41,260 bases of DNA from Chiloscyllium plagiosum (lineage: Eukaryota): assembly GCF_004010195.1 (NCBI RefSeq), contig NC_057718.1:26163341-26204600 (forward strand), read 5' to 3'. Under the pieces are notes generated by a model that was not told the origin of the DNA, made no database searches, and saw only the letters and a list, made by a program, of their open reading frames with translations. Made by a program: the position numbers and the translations under genes. Every line of letters begins with the position of its first letter. The first letter of the stretch is position 1. Positions 23,066-35,885 of the stretch are shown here, piece by piece.

Positions 23066-23585
23066 CATGGTTCATGAACATTCATTGCTATTATTTCAAC
23101 ATATCCAAATGCTAGTGGACTTAATTAGTAATGCAGCATATTTCATCGATACAAGACATTTCACTAATGCTTTAGCATACTTTATTAGTACAATATACTT
23201 ACTTCATTAATACTAAGACATCATATTTAACTATATTCATTAATATTTTTAGTTTGCTTTACCAATTCTACACCTATTATACCAATATAGTTTACTGATA
23301 TAACATCATGGACAGCAACTACAAATGTTTCATTCCAATGGTCAGCTTTTCCTCACCCTGTCATTGTGTCACGATTGCTAATTGAAATCAGTACTTACAA
23401 TGGCCAAAGGCATTTTCTATCAAAACTGTCCAGACTGCCCTGACTTTTCTTGGCATGACTACACAGCGCCTTTGTGTATGCACAGTATTTGACTGTGAAT
23501 CTTCTTTTGCTCAAAACAGATGGCAAATATGTCTACACATGCAAAAAGGTTGGATAGAATATGTAGCGCCCAACACTAAATACAG

Positions 23586-26500
23586 ATAGAGTCATAGAGT
23601 CATAGAGATGTACAGCATGGAAACAGACCCTTTAGTTCAACCCGTCCATGCCGACCAGATATCCCAATCTAGTCCCACCTGCCAGCACCCGGCCTAAATC
23701 CCTCCAAACCCTTCCTATTCATATACCCATCCAAATGCCTCTTAAATGTTGCAATTGTACCAGTCTCCACCACATCCTCTGGCAGCTCATTCCATACACG
23801 TACCACCCTCTGCGTGAAAACGTTGCCCCTTAGGTCTCTTTTATATCTTTCCCCTCTCACCCTAAACCTATGCCCTCTAGTTCTGGATTCCCCAACCCCA
23901 GGGAAAAGACTTTGCCTATTTATCCTCTCCATAATTTTGTAAACAGCCCCAGCCTGTTCAGCCTCTCCCTGTAGCTCAGATCCTCCAACCCTGGCAACAT
24001 CCTTGTAAATCTTTTCTGAACCCTTTCAAGTTTCACAACATCTTTCCGATAGGAAGGAGACCAGAATTGCANNNNNNNNNNNNNNNNNNNNNNNNNNNNN
24101 NNNNNNNNNNNNNNNNNNNNNNNNNNNNNNNNNNNNNNNNNNNNNNNNNNNNNNNNNNNNNNNNNNNNNNNNNNNNNNNNNNNNNNNNNNNNNNNNNNNN
24201 NNNNNNNNNNNNNNNNNNNNNNNNNNNNNNNNNNNNNNNNNNNNNNNNNNNNNNNNNNNNNNNNNNNNNNNNNNNNNNNNNNNNNNNNNNNNNNNNNNNN
24301 NNNNNNNNNNNNNNNNNNNNNNNNNNNNNNNNNNNNNNNNNNNNNNNNNNNNNNNNNNNNNNNNNNNNNNNNNNNNNNNNNNNNNNNNNNNNNNNNNNNN
24401 NNNNNNNNNNNNNNNNNNNNNNNNNNNNNNNNNNNNNNNNNNNNNNNNNNNNNNNNNNNNNNNNNNNNNNNNNNNNNNNNNNNNNNNNNNNNNNNNNNNN
24501 NNNNNNNNNNNNNNNNNNNNNNNNNNNNNNNNNNNNNNNNNNNNNNNNNNNNNNNNNNNNNNNNNNNNNNNNNNNNNNNNNNNNNNNNNNNNNNNNNNNN
24601 NNNNNNNNNNNNNNNNNNNNNNNNNNNNNNNNNNNNNNNNNNNNNNNNNNNNNNNNNNNNNNNNNNNNNNNNNNNNNNNNNNNNNNNNNNNNNNNNNNNN
24701 NNNNNNNNNNNNNNNNNNNNNNNNNNNNNNNNNNNNNNNNNTCAATCAAGTTTGTCAGACATGGTTTTCCACGCACAAAGCCATGTTGACTATCCCGAAT
24801 CAGTCCTTGCCTTTCCAAATACATGTACATCCTGTTCCTCAGGATTCCCTCCAACAACTTGCCCACCACTGAGGTCAGGCTCACCAGTCTATAGTTCCCT
24901 GGCTTGTCTTTACCTCCCTTCTTAAACAGTGTCACCATGTTTGCCAACCTTCAGTCTTCCGGCACCTCACCTGTGACAAATATCTCAGCAAGAGGCCCAG
25001 CAATCACTTCTCTAGCTTCCCACAGAGTTCTCGGGTACACCTGATTCAGGTCGTGGGGATTTATCCACCTTTAACCATTTCAAGACATCCAGCACTTCCT
25101 TCTCTGTAATCTGGACATTTTGCAAGATGTCACCATCTATTTCCCTACAGTCTATATCTTCCATATCCTTTTCCACAGTAAATACTGATGCAAAATATTC
25201 ATTTAGTATCTCCCCCATTCTCTGTGGCTCCACACAAAGACCGCCTTGCTGATCTTTGAGGGGCCCTATTCTCTCCCTAGTTACCCTTTTGTCCTTAATA
25301 TATTTGTAAAAACCCTTTGGATTCTCCTTAGTTCTATTTGCCAAAGCTATCTCATGTCCCCTTTTTGCCCTCCTGATTTCCCTCTTAAGTATACTCCATC
25401 TTTCTTTATAATCGTCTAAGGATTCACTCGATCTATCCTGTCTATACCTGACATATGCTTCCTTCTTTTTCTTAACCAATCCCTCAATTTTTTTAGTCTT
25501 CCAGCATACCCTATATCTTCCAGCCTTCCCTTTCACCCTGACAGGAATATACTTTCTCTGGATTCTTGTTATCTCATTTCTGAAGGCTTCCCATTTTCCA
25601 GCCGTCCCTTTACCTGCGAACATCTGCCTCCAATCAGCTTTCAAAAGTTCTTGCCTAATACCGTCAAAACTGGCCTTTCTCCAATTTAGAACTTCAACTT
25701 TTAGATCTAGTCTATCCTTTTCCATCACTTATGGTCGCTGGCCCCAAAGTGGTCCCCCACTAACACCTCAGTCACCTGCCCTGCCTTATTTCCCAATAGT
25801 AGGTCAAGTTTTGCACCTTCTCTAGTAGGTACATCCACATACTGAATCAGAAAATTGTCTTGTACACACTTAAGAAATTCCTCTCCATCTAAACCTTGAA
25901 CACTATGGCAGTCCCAGTCGATGTTTGGAAAGTTAAAATCTCCTACCATAACTACCCAATTATTCTTACAGATAGCTGAGATTATCTTACAAGTTTGTTT
26001 CTCAATTTCCCTCTGACTATTGGGGGGGTCTATAATACAATTCCAATAAGGTGATCATCCCTTTCTTATTTCTCAGTTCCACCCAAATAACTTCCCTGGA
26101 TGTATTTCTGGGAATATCCTCCCTCAACACAGCTGTAATGTTATCTCTTATCAAAAGTGACACTCGGCCTCCTCTCATGCCTCCCTTTCTATCCTTCCTG
26201 TAGCATTTGTATCCTGGAACATTAAGCTGTCAGTCCTGCCCATCCCTGAGCCATGTTTCTGTAATTGCTATGATATCCCAGTCCCATGTTCCTAACCATG
26301 CCCTGAGTTCATCTGCCTTCCCTGTTAGGCCCCTTGCATTGAAATAAATGCAGTTTAATTGATTAGTCCTACCTTGTCCCTGCCTGCTCTGACTGTTTGA
26401 CTCACTTCTGTTCTCAGCTGTATCCATCTCAGATCGATCTCTTTCCTCACCATCTCCCTGGGTCCCACCATCCCCCCCACCACCTTACTACTTTAAATAC

Positions 26501-26617
26501 TCCCAAGCAGTTCTAGCAAATTTCCCTGCCAGTATATTAGTCCCCTTCCAATTTAGGTGCAATCCATCCTTCTTGTACAGGTCACTTCTTCCCCAAACGA
26601 GATTCCAATGATCCAAA
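23586..26617 (-). mobile_element. Young CR1-clade LINE, 5'-truncated in ORF1: SGNH-esterase C-terminus, ORF2 endonuclease and RT (frameshifted), 3' UTR
   Basis: 26617-26490 reads LDHWNLVWGRSDLYKKDGLHLNWKGTNILAGKFARTAWEYLK*; ORF2 pieces LNCIYFNARG..IIAITETWL, VGDFNFPNIDW..LDLLL..SDH, NPKGFYKYI..LNEYFASVFT, NYRLVSLTS..QHGF; (tagagtca)n tail. Confidence 0.96.
24072..24741. other. Assembly gap (670 N) inside the CR1 RT domain
   Basis: Run of N; both flanks are colinear CR1 sequence. Confidence 0.99.
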
Positions 26618-26845
26618 TAGTTCAGGAAATAAAGAATCTTGCTTTTTTAATTCTTTTAAATTTGAGACCCTGCGCCTGTTTCCAAGAAATTTGATGTATT
26701 TGACATTTTAATATTAGTATCATTGTTATTAGCCCAAGCTATTGTTAATGTGAGACACAACATTCTTGAATGGGTCTGGATAGCTTGATGGTCAATTAGT
26801 CGTTGGAGCTGCACAGGCTGGAGTTGCGCATTCGGATCATGTGAG

Positions 26846-26873
26846 AATTTTAATTTTAATTTTAATTTTAATT
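26846..26873. repeat. (AATTTT)4+AATT microsatellite
   Basis: Direct reading. Confidence 0.9.
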
Positions 26874-28329
26874 GAGTGAGGGAATTGCCTGGCAAATTGA
26901 AGATTCTACTGCACAATCCCCTGTGTCTAGAACCCTCCAAAAGAATCAATTACATTCAGGGATGTTGGAGGGTTCTGCTTCAGTTAAACTAATAGTTATT
27001 CAGAAAATGTTAGATGATGAAAACCTTGGCCTAACTCCTGAGTAACAACTACTGATCTCCCCAACTACACCTCCACCAATCCCTTACACCTTCTGACCAC
27101 TTGACAACTGTCCCCTCCCAGCAGCCTCAACCTGAGTAGCTCTGGTCTCAGCCCAACACCACCCCTACCTCATCCCTACCTCACCCACAGTCTATTCCAA
27201 GACTCAGCTGCTACCCCAACACCCCCTACTATTGGATGCAACATCTGCCTAGTCTCTGATCCCAACCAACCCAAGCAGTTAACTGGCAATCTGGCTTCCA
27301 ACTTACCTGACATCCTATCCACCTTGCTGGTCCCCTAATCCCACTTTACAGGAGCTGTGCTGCTGGTCATTTCAATCTTTGGACATAGTAGACTAACTGC
27401 TACAAAAATGGATGTGGTTTGATGCACCCCAACTGTCCTGTACAACAGGGGAACTAGTCAGATAGTCATGGATTCAAGCAGGAACAGCATGTTCCTGGAC
27501 TTAAGAGAAGACAGTAAGGTTGGAAATGGGGAATAGTTGGTCATCAATTTGATTATCAAACAGTATTAGTGTATCTTTTTAAAAATTATTTAGGTTGTAA
27601 TGTTAGTGAAATATATCACTGTGCAGCATTAGAAAAATAATAAATCAAACTAATAATAATATAAATGGCTGAATAAGTTTGACTTTTTTGTAAAGTACAC
27701 ATCTCGTACATGCCAAGTTAGAAAATTCACAATAACTGATGAACAGTTCTGAATAATTCAAGGGACACTAATAAGAAGCTGAAGATGCAAATAACAGCCA
27801 AAATCAGGCCATGTTTGCAATGTGCTTAGACCAGAGCTACTGTGTAATAATAAGAATAATTTAGAATCTTAGAATTCTACAGGACAGAAGGAGGCCATTT
27901 GACCCATCATGCTTGTACCAGCTTCCGAGAGAATTAATTTAAATTACATTCCTCATATGACATTGCAGAATTTTCACTGGTTTCAGGACATAAATCCTCA
28001 GCAAATGTTACTTTGTGGTCCTTTTTTGCCTCATTTTTCAGCATTGTCAAGTGAATGACCCAGCTATTCCAAGAAATGGCAATCACAGACAGATTGCTAC
28101 CCTATTCCTATTCTCTTCTGTTAGAAATGAGCTCCAGCTTTATAATGTGACTCAGATTACTGCCTGTGTCATCACATGGAAATGGCACTGGCTGAAGTCA
28201 CAAACACCCTTGATTGTTACCGTGATAACTTTCCTTCCTTGTCTTATTCAGTCTCCCTGCAGCCTTCACAATAAGTTTAATTGCTGTTTCAACAAAAAAG
28301 TTTAATAAACCTTCAATCTCTCTTTCTGT

Positions 28330-29500
28330 CTCTCTTCTGCTCTCCAATTCAGTGTATGGTCCTCACATCATTCCATTCTCACCTATCTGTGCATTTCTAA
28401 CACTTCTTGCCATTCCCACTTCCTGAAAAGATCCATTCTCAGATCATCCACTTTCTCATCTAATCTGCCTCTCCTTTGACACTTCAGTTACCAGCCTAGG
28501 ATCAACTTCCAATCATAAAGTGATGACATCCAACTCTACCTCTTGACAATTTCCATTGTTCCTCCTGATTCAACTTTATTCTTGGGTAAAGAATAATTTC
28601 TTCTAGTTAAATATTGGGAACACCGAAGCTATCAACTTTAGCCAACAGCATAATCTCCATAACATTCTCTTGCTTTGTCTCTTTCCCAAACTAGTCAAAA
28701 TCATAGCTTCCTGGTCAACCTCCCCCCCCCCCCCCCCCCTGTTTCTGACCACATGTCCTTTCCTTCACAATGACTGCTTCCATTTTCATAACATTGTTTG
28801 TGGATGATTAGCAGTGGATTTCAATTGTTTCTATACTCAAATGGCTTAATGTGTTCTAAAAATATTTATACATAAAGGTGGAACCTTGTCTGACTATGTT
28901 TCTATTAGCTCAATTAGTTTTTCACCACCACCTTAGCTGTATTTGTCCTTAACTGGATAGCTTCTTCAAATCAGATTGACAAATCCATAATTGTACTGGT
29001 GTTGTAACATCTTGTATGCAGGAATATATAACTCCCAGTCGTGTCCTCCGCCAAATCTATGTTATTTCCACATGGCAATCTGTGCTTGGGCAACTCGCCA
29101 TCCTTGATTTAACTACATTTTGCGCCTTCAGACACATGCACAGTAACTCCAATTTAGACTTCATTACTTTTTCCATTTTTCTGACTCCATCTATGAATTT
29201 ACTGCTCCCTGAGCTAGTACGTTTTCTCTCCCCAGTTATCCTGAGTACCTTGGTCTTGCTCTCTGATGTTGTTTTGGTTCCCTCTCTCATTTCTGAGTTT
29301 TAAACTGTGCACAATAGCACTAGCAAAAAAACCTTCTTAGGAACTCCATCCCCTCACTGTCAGGATGTCAAGGTGCACATGTCTGATCCATTGAGGTGCC
29401 ATCTCCTCAGAGCTGATTGAAAAGTGCAATATGCTTAGAGAACCCATGCACAACCTCCCTGATACGTTTTGACTTTCTGCTCATTCATTTTTCTCCTGTG
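28330..29500 (-). mobile_element. Old CR1 5' region (ORF1 esterase end and ORF2 endonuclease start), containing a C18 tract at 28722-28739
   Basis: Reverse strand: FASA (ORF1 end), LLCMCLKAQNVV (cf. LxCxYxNARS), AQIAMWK, DWELYIPAYK. Left boundary uncertain. Confidence 0.6.
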
Positions 29501-29509
29501 CACTGTTAA

Positions 29510-32500
29510 GCACAGAGCATTACAATGTTGTGGCAATAATGGAGACCTGGCTTAAGGAGGGGGTAGATCTGTATGTCAATTATTTCTGGTTACAAAGTGT
29601 CCAGAAAAGACAAGAAACGAGGTGGGGGTGGCACTCTTGGTTAAGGAAGGCATTTCACTCCTGGAGAAAGAGAATATTTCAAAGAGATCAAGAACAGAAT
29701 CGATTTGGCGAGAGAGGAGTAAGAAGGGTACAATCACAGTGGTCAGGGTAATCTATAGACCACCAACTATTGTGAAAGATACAGAAGAACAAGTCTGGAA
29801 GGAAGTTTCAAAGAGTTATAAATATCAGACTGTAATACAAATGGAGGACTTTAATTTACAAGTATGTAGACCAGGATGGTGGTGGAATAAGGAGCAGTGA
29901 GGGACAAGCATCCCTAGATTGCGTTCAGGTGAATTTTCTACAGTAAATCCAGTCCAACAAGAAAAGAAGCAGTCTAGACCCGTTCTTGGGAATGACCTGG
30001 GCCAAGAAGGTTAACAGACACTGGAGTAACATTTGGGAAATGAGGCCATTGTATCATAAAGTTTAGGATGATGGTGGAATTGATCAATTCAGCAAAAACA
30101 TAATTAAGTAAAAAGGTGGAGACTACAAACCAGTAACAAAAAAAAAATTGCTGGGAAATCTTGGCAGATCTGGCAGCATCTGTGGAAACAAAGCAGAGTT
30201 AATGTTTCAGGTCAGTGACTGTTCTTCAGAACGGAAGGTAGCTCGGGAAAGGTTGGTATTTACGCAGAAGATGGAGTAGGCAAGTGGGGAGAGTAACGAT
30301 AGAGCCAAAAGAGAGAGAAAACGTTTGGACAGGTAAAAGAGTGGTCAAGGTTAGTCTAGAGGAATGAATAGCTGCTGATGGGATTATTAATAGCTGACAA
30401 TGGGTAGCAGTCCAAGTGAAGATAAGGCCTGGTGTGAGGGTGGCAATAAAGAACATGGGAGAAAGTGCTTCAAGCCCTAAAATTGTTGAACTCAATATTA
30501 AGCCCAGAAGGCTGCAGAGTTCCCAAGCAAAAGATGAGGTGCTGTTTTTTCAGTTTGCACTGAGCTTCCCTGGAGCACTGCAACAAGCCTGAGACAGAGA
30601 TATTGGCCAAGGAACATGGTGGTGAGTTGAAGTGGCAGGCAACTGGAAGGTCAGAGTCTTTTTTGTGGTCACAACATAGATGTTCTGCAAAGTGGTCATC
30701 CAATCCATGCTTTGTTTCCCCAATGTAGAGAAGACCACATTGTGAACAGCAAGTGCAGTAAACTCAATGATGTGAAGTGCAGGAAAAATCAATGCTTCAG
30801 CAGGAAGCTGTGTTTGGGCCCTTGGAGGGAGGAAGTAAATGTGCAAGTGTTACACCTTCTGTGGTTTCATGGGAAAGTGCCAAGGGGCTGCGGAGACATG
30901 TTGGGAGTGAAGGAGGAGGGAAAGGTCCCTGCAGAAGGAAAAGGGAATATGTGGCTGGAGGTGGTGGAAATGGCAGCTAATGATCCTTTGGATAAGGAAA
31001 AGGGAACCCTGCAGCTGTTGTGAAAGAGAAAAATGGGGGTAAGGGCCAAAGTGCAGGAGATGGGTCAGCTGAAGTCCCTGTCAACCATAGTGTTGGGGAA
31101 TCCTCAGTTGAGGAAGAAGGTGAACATTTTGGAGGTTTCTTTGTCGAAGTTGGCATCAAAACAGATGCAACAGAGACAGAGAAACTGAGAGAATGGAATA
31201 GACTTTTTATAGGAAGTAGGATGTGGGGATGTATGGTCAAAGTAACGATGTAACTTCGTCAGTTTGTAATGAATATTGGTGGACAGCCTATCCCCAGAAA
31301 TGGAAGCAGGGAAGGGAGGAGTCAGAGATGGACCAGGTGAAGGTGAGAACAAGTGGAAGTTGGAAGTGAAATAGATAAACTTTTCCAATTCCGGACAAGA
31401 GAGGGAAGCAGCACCAATGATGTCATTGATATATCGGAGGAAGAGCTGTGGGTGGAGACTGGAATAGAGCTGGAACAAGGAATCTTCCACATACACAACA
31501 AAGAGAGAGCATAACCGGGTCAAATGTAGGACACCGCATTCACCTGAAAAAGTGAGAGGAGTTAAAAGAGAAGTTGTTCAGAATGAGTATGAGCTCAGCC
31601 AGGCAGAGGAGGGTGCTGATGGATGGGGTGACTCAGGCCTTTACTGCAGGAAGAAACAGAGAGCCCTGCTACCATTCTGATGGGTATGGATGCATAATCA
31701 ATTGGCAGAAAGCTGACTTCAATGGGGCAAGATAGACTGGAGCTGAAGGTTATTGGAAAAGAGTCTCTGAATAACAGACTACTTTCAAAGGGGAAATGCT
31801 TTGGGCACAGTCAAGGTATATTCCTTCAAAAGGGAAAAATGGAGCAAACAAATCAAGAGCTCCCTGGATGACAAAGGAGATAGAAATTAAGTTAAAGAAG
31901 GAAAAGTGTTACTTATACCAGGTGTCAAGTTGAGACCCAAGCTGAATACAGACGGCCCAGAAAGCAGGTGAGAAAATAGAGACCAGAAGCAAAGGGAGAT
32001 TGTGAATAAAGATTGTCAGCTGACATAAAGGGAAACCCCAAAGTTTTCTGTAAGCACATGAACAATAAAAAGGTGGTAGTAGAAGGAAATAGAGCTGATT
32101 GGAGATTGAAAAGGGATTTACAAAGAGGCAAAGAAGTGTGGATTCAGTGTCAAATGAACACTTTGCATCTGTCTTTATCTGCAAGGCAAATACTGCCCAG
32201 GCCATGGTGACAGAGGAAGAAGCTCAGTCTCTTGAAGAGTTTAAAATTGATGAGATGGTATTGGATATGCTTTCAATAGTTAAAGTTGATAAGGCATGAG
32301 AACAGATGAGGTGTATCCAAGGATATTGAAGAAAGAGAACATGGAAATTGTAAAGGCACTGACAATAATCTTCTATTGTCTGAACTCAGGGGTGGAGTTG
32401 GAGGACTAGAAGATTGTGAACATTACACCCTTATTCAAAAATGGTTGTAAAGATAGGTCTAGCAGCTTCAGACTAGTAAATTGAAATTTAGTAGTGGGGA

Positions 32501-33775
32501 AACGTATAGAAATAAATATTTGGGATAAGAATTAATAGACACATGGAAACATTGATTCAGAAGACTCAACAAGTGTTTGTTAAAGGATAACTGTGTCTGA
32601 TTAACATGCTGGAGTTTTTTGAAGAGGTGACAGAGAGGGTTGGTAAGGCTGTGGTTATGGTCTCTATGGATTTTCAAAAGTTTTTGATATTGTGACATTC
32701 AACAGAGTTGTGAGGAAACTCCTAGGCTATGAAGGTACAGTAACAACATAGACTCAAAATTGTATAAGGAATAGGTAACAGACAGTAATGATTAATGGAT
32801 GTTTTTTTGAGCAAGAAGAATGTTTATTATGGTGTTCCATCAGGTTGATATTGGAACTCTTGATTTATGTATAAATGATCTGAACCTTAGGAAGAGGAGA
32901 ATTTCTAACTTTGCAGACAACACAAAATTTGGAAGAATTGGAATTGTAGGGAGGACTATGTCAAACTTCAAAAGGACATTGACAAGTTGATGCAGTGGAT
33001 GGATAGGTGGCAGATGAATATCAGATTGAAGAAGTTTAAGGCAATGCATTTTCGTATATGGAGACATGGAATAAGATAAAGGCTACAGTTCTAATGCATG
33101 TGCCTAACTAGTGAGATCTGGGTGATATGCACGCAAATTGTTAAAGGTGGTAGTACAGATTAAGAGCTGTAAAGTATATGGTATTCTAGGTTTCATTAGT
33201 AGGGCCATAGAGTACCAGAGCAGGAAGGTTTTTACAAACTTCTATAAGACACTGTTAGCTATCAGTTGAAGTACTGGATGGCACTTCTTGGTGCTATACT
33301 ATAGGAAAGATGTGAATGTATTAGAGAGAATGCAGAAGAGATATCCAGAAATAGTACCACAGATGAGACACTTCAGTTATAAGGAAAAGTTGGAGAAGTT
33401 GGAACTATTTTTCTTGGAAAGGAGATTTGATAGAAGTTTTAAAATTCTGAAAGTTGTGGATGGAGTAAATAAAAAATGTTCTCACTCATAAACAAATCAA
33501 AAATTAGAAGGCAGCGTCAAGTGTTTTGCAAAAGAAGCAAACATGAGTTGAGAAAAGCATTTTAACACAGTTCGGACCTAAAGGGCACAGCATCCAAGTA
33601 TAGTGGAGGTATGTTCAATTGGGGCAGTCACTTGAGGCATTTAACCTAAAACAGTGTGCAGGGCTATGGTCAAAAGGCAGGAGGAGATTAGCACTAAGTC
33701 AAAATGCTGCAAGAGCCAGTGCAGTCACAATGGGCCAAATGGCCTCATTCTGCACTGTAATTATTCTGTGAGTCT
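29510..33775 (+). mobile_element. Degenerate near-complete CR1 ORF2 plus 3' UTR, split by a Penelope insertion
   Basis: AIMETWL, GVALLVKE, VIYRPP, MEDFN (endonuclease), resuming at ~31693 with NWQKADF, KGNPKVFCKH, NEHFASVF, FADNTK, YRKDVNVLERMQKR and a CR1 tail near 33730-33775. Confidence 0.9.
30108..31692 (-). mobile_element. 5'-truncated Penelope-like retroelement (RT, GIY-YIG C-terminus, terminal repeat)
   Basis: LFVVYVEDSLF..FLRYINDIIG, TNIHYK..HTSPHP..KKSIPFSQFL, FAEHL..PVACHFNS..LIFCLGTLQPSGLN; flanked by cataattaa (30099-30107) / cataatcaa (31693-31701). Confidence 0.92.
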
Positions 33776-34169
33776 GTGGTAAGCTGTGGGAGATAATGTC
33801 TATAAACATGCTACCACATAGCTGTCAGTCTCACGGATGTACCGCAGTGATGCCAGCTGCTGCTCATATTGTGAAACCTGGAGCTCATGCTACTGCAACT
33901 GATGACATTTCCTGCATAAATGATCATTCAGGACATGATGAGCATCCTGTAGTTAGCACAGGATACACTCTCTCGAGGTTGGAGCAGCCTTGCCACTCTA
34001 TTATTAATTAATAACCTTGTTACTGCTAACAAAACTTACTGCTGCTACGACATGTTACCAATACCAATAAATCATTTCTGATCCTGATAAATCTTAGACC
34101 TATTCATAAACATTATTAATACTAATAAACCCTTAATACATTTTAAAAATGGTATCAAACATTTGAAGA

Positions 34170-34900
34170 TATAATTAAGAACAAAAATAGGCCATTCCTC
34201 CCCTACCATGGAGTAAGGTTATGGCTGATTGTTCTAATTTTGAATTTCATATTCTCATCTATTTCCCCAATAACCTTTGATTTTCTTGTGTAACAAAAAT
34301 CTAGGTCCGTCCATCTTAAGAATATTCAACCTCTCCCTCCCCAGGTTCTGGACTTACCCACATGAGCAAGCATTAGTTTCACATCCACCTTGTCACCATG
34401 TTCCAAATTTTATAAACTTCAATGAAATCGCCCTTTACTCTTCTAAACTCTAGTGAAAACAATTTCAGTCTGTTCAACCTTTCCTGAAAAGACAACCCAC
34501 TCATTCCCGGTATCAATCCAGTAAATCTCCTCTGAACTGCCTCCAAGGCATTTTCATTTTCCTTAAATAAAACACTCAATATTTTAAATGTGGTCTTATC
34601 AATGCTCTGTATACCTGAAACATAATATCCTTACATTTATGGTCAGTTCCATTCATAATAAAAAAACACATTCCATTAGCCTTAATTGCTTGCTGTATCT
34701 GCATGCTAACTTTTTGTGGCTCATGCATGGAAACAACTAGGTCCCTCTGCACTGTGGGTTTCTGATACTGGTCTCCATTTGGATAAAACTGTGCTTTTGT
34801 ATTCTTCCTGCCAAAGTGAAAACATTTCCCACATTATACTTTATCTGCCAGATTTTCGTCCAGTCTGCAACCTCTTTATATCTTTTTCACAGTATAATTT
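34170..34900 (-). mobile_element. CR1 3' end fragment
   Basis: ORF 34379-34579 ALEAVQRRFTGLIPGMSGLSFQERLNRLKLFSLEFRRVKGDFIEVYKI. Confidence 0.9.
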
Positions 34901-35679
34901 CCAATCCATCTTTGTAAAACTTATGTAAGAATGGTAAATAAGATTCAAGCAAGTTGTGACTTAGCTGGAATTCCCACCTTTAAACCTCCTTACTAACTCT
35001 CTGCATCCTTTGAAATTCATCTCCTTCACCATTCTTTTATACTTTGGCAAAACTCCAGTATGTCTTTAAGTCTTTGTGAAGCATCTGGTGACAGTTTTCT
35101 CTGTTTGAAATTGTGAATGGAATCTTGTGGAGGAGTCAGTGGTCTCAGCTACTGCCTAGAGAGCTGGCAAGGCCTCCACGTTACTTATTTCAGGAAAGCT
35201 TGTCACATCTTGTGCCATTTAGGCACTTAACAGGAAAGTGGTAGGTCTCAATCTGGGATCAAGAACCTGAGGTTAAAGCTAATGGCCAATCAGAGACTGA
35301 TAGCCCTACTGAACAACAGTGCCTTGAGAGTGTGGTGGCTGCTGCTGGAATGACCCTGAGCCAAGGTCCAGATTGAAGAAGGAACCAGGAAGAGGTGAGT
35401 GTTGCAGGAAAATAATTGTGGGGGAAGGTAGGACAGTAGCAAGGACAGAGGGGTGCTTTTCAGTGGGCCCAGTCTTTGGTCCCTTTTTCAAGCATTGAGT
35501 GCCTTTAAATGATGAGGGTCTGTTCCCCCTCCAGAAGCCTGTAAGCAACCCCATCAGAGTTTGTTTGTGCTGCCTCCCACATGTTGAGCCCTCACATGTG
35601 GCTGGATTTGTACCAGTAATGTTGGAATGAGGCTCTTAAGGATACATCAATTGCCCTCCGAATGGCATCACTTGACAAT

Positions 35680-35885
35680 CCATAAGACTATAAGATATAA
35701 GAGAAGAATTAGCCATTCAACCCAATTGAGTCTGCTCTGCCATTTGATCATTGCTGATATGTTTCTCAACCTCTAATCTTCTGTCTTCTCCCTATGACCT
35801 TTGTTCCTCTTACGTATCAAGAACATATCCATCTTTGTCTTAAATTCACTCAAACTTGGCCTTCACAGTCCTCGGCAGCAATAAG
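35680..35885 (-). mobile_element. CR1 3' tail fragment
   Basis: ccataagactataagatataagag tandem tail, gccattcaaccc..gagtctgctctgccatt, ctttgtcttaaat. Confidence 0.7.

Noticed and set aside
24026..24947. Long ORFs of 239-304 aa
   Set aside because: Artefacts of the N gap; the real sequence is CR1 ORF2.
23586..26617. Intact, active LINE or domesticated RT gene
   Set aside because: 5'-truncated, ORF2 broken by frameshifts and small deletions, and partly unsequenced.
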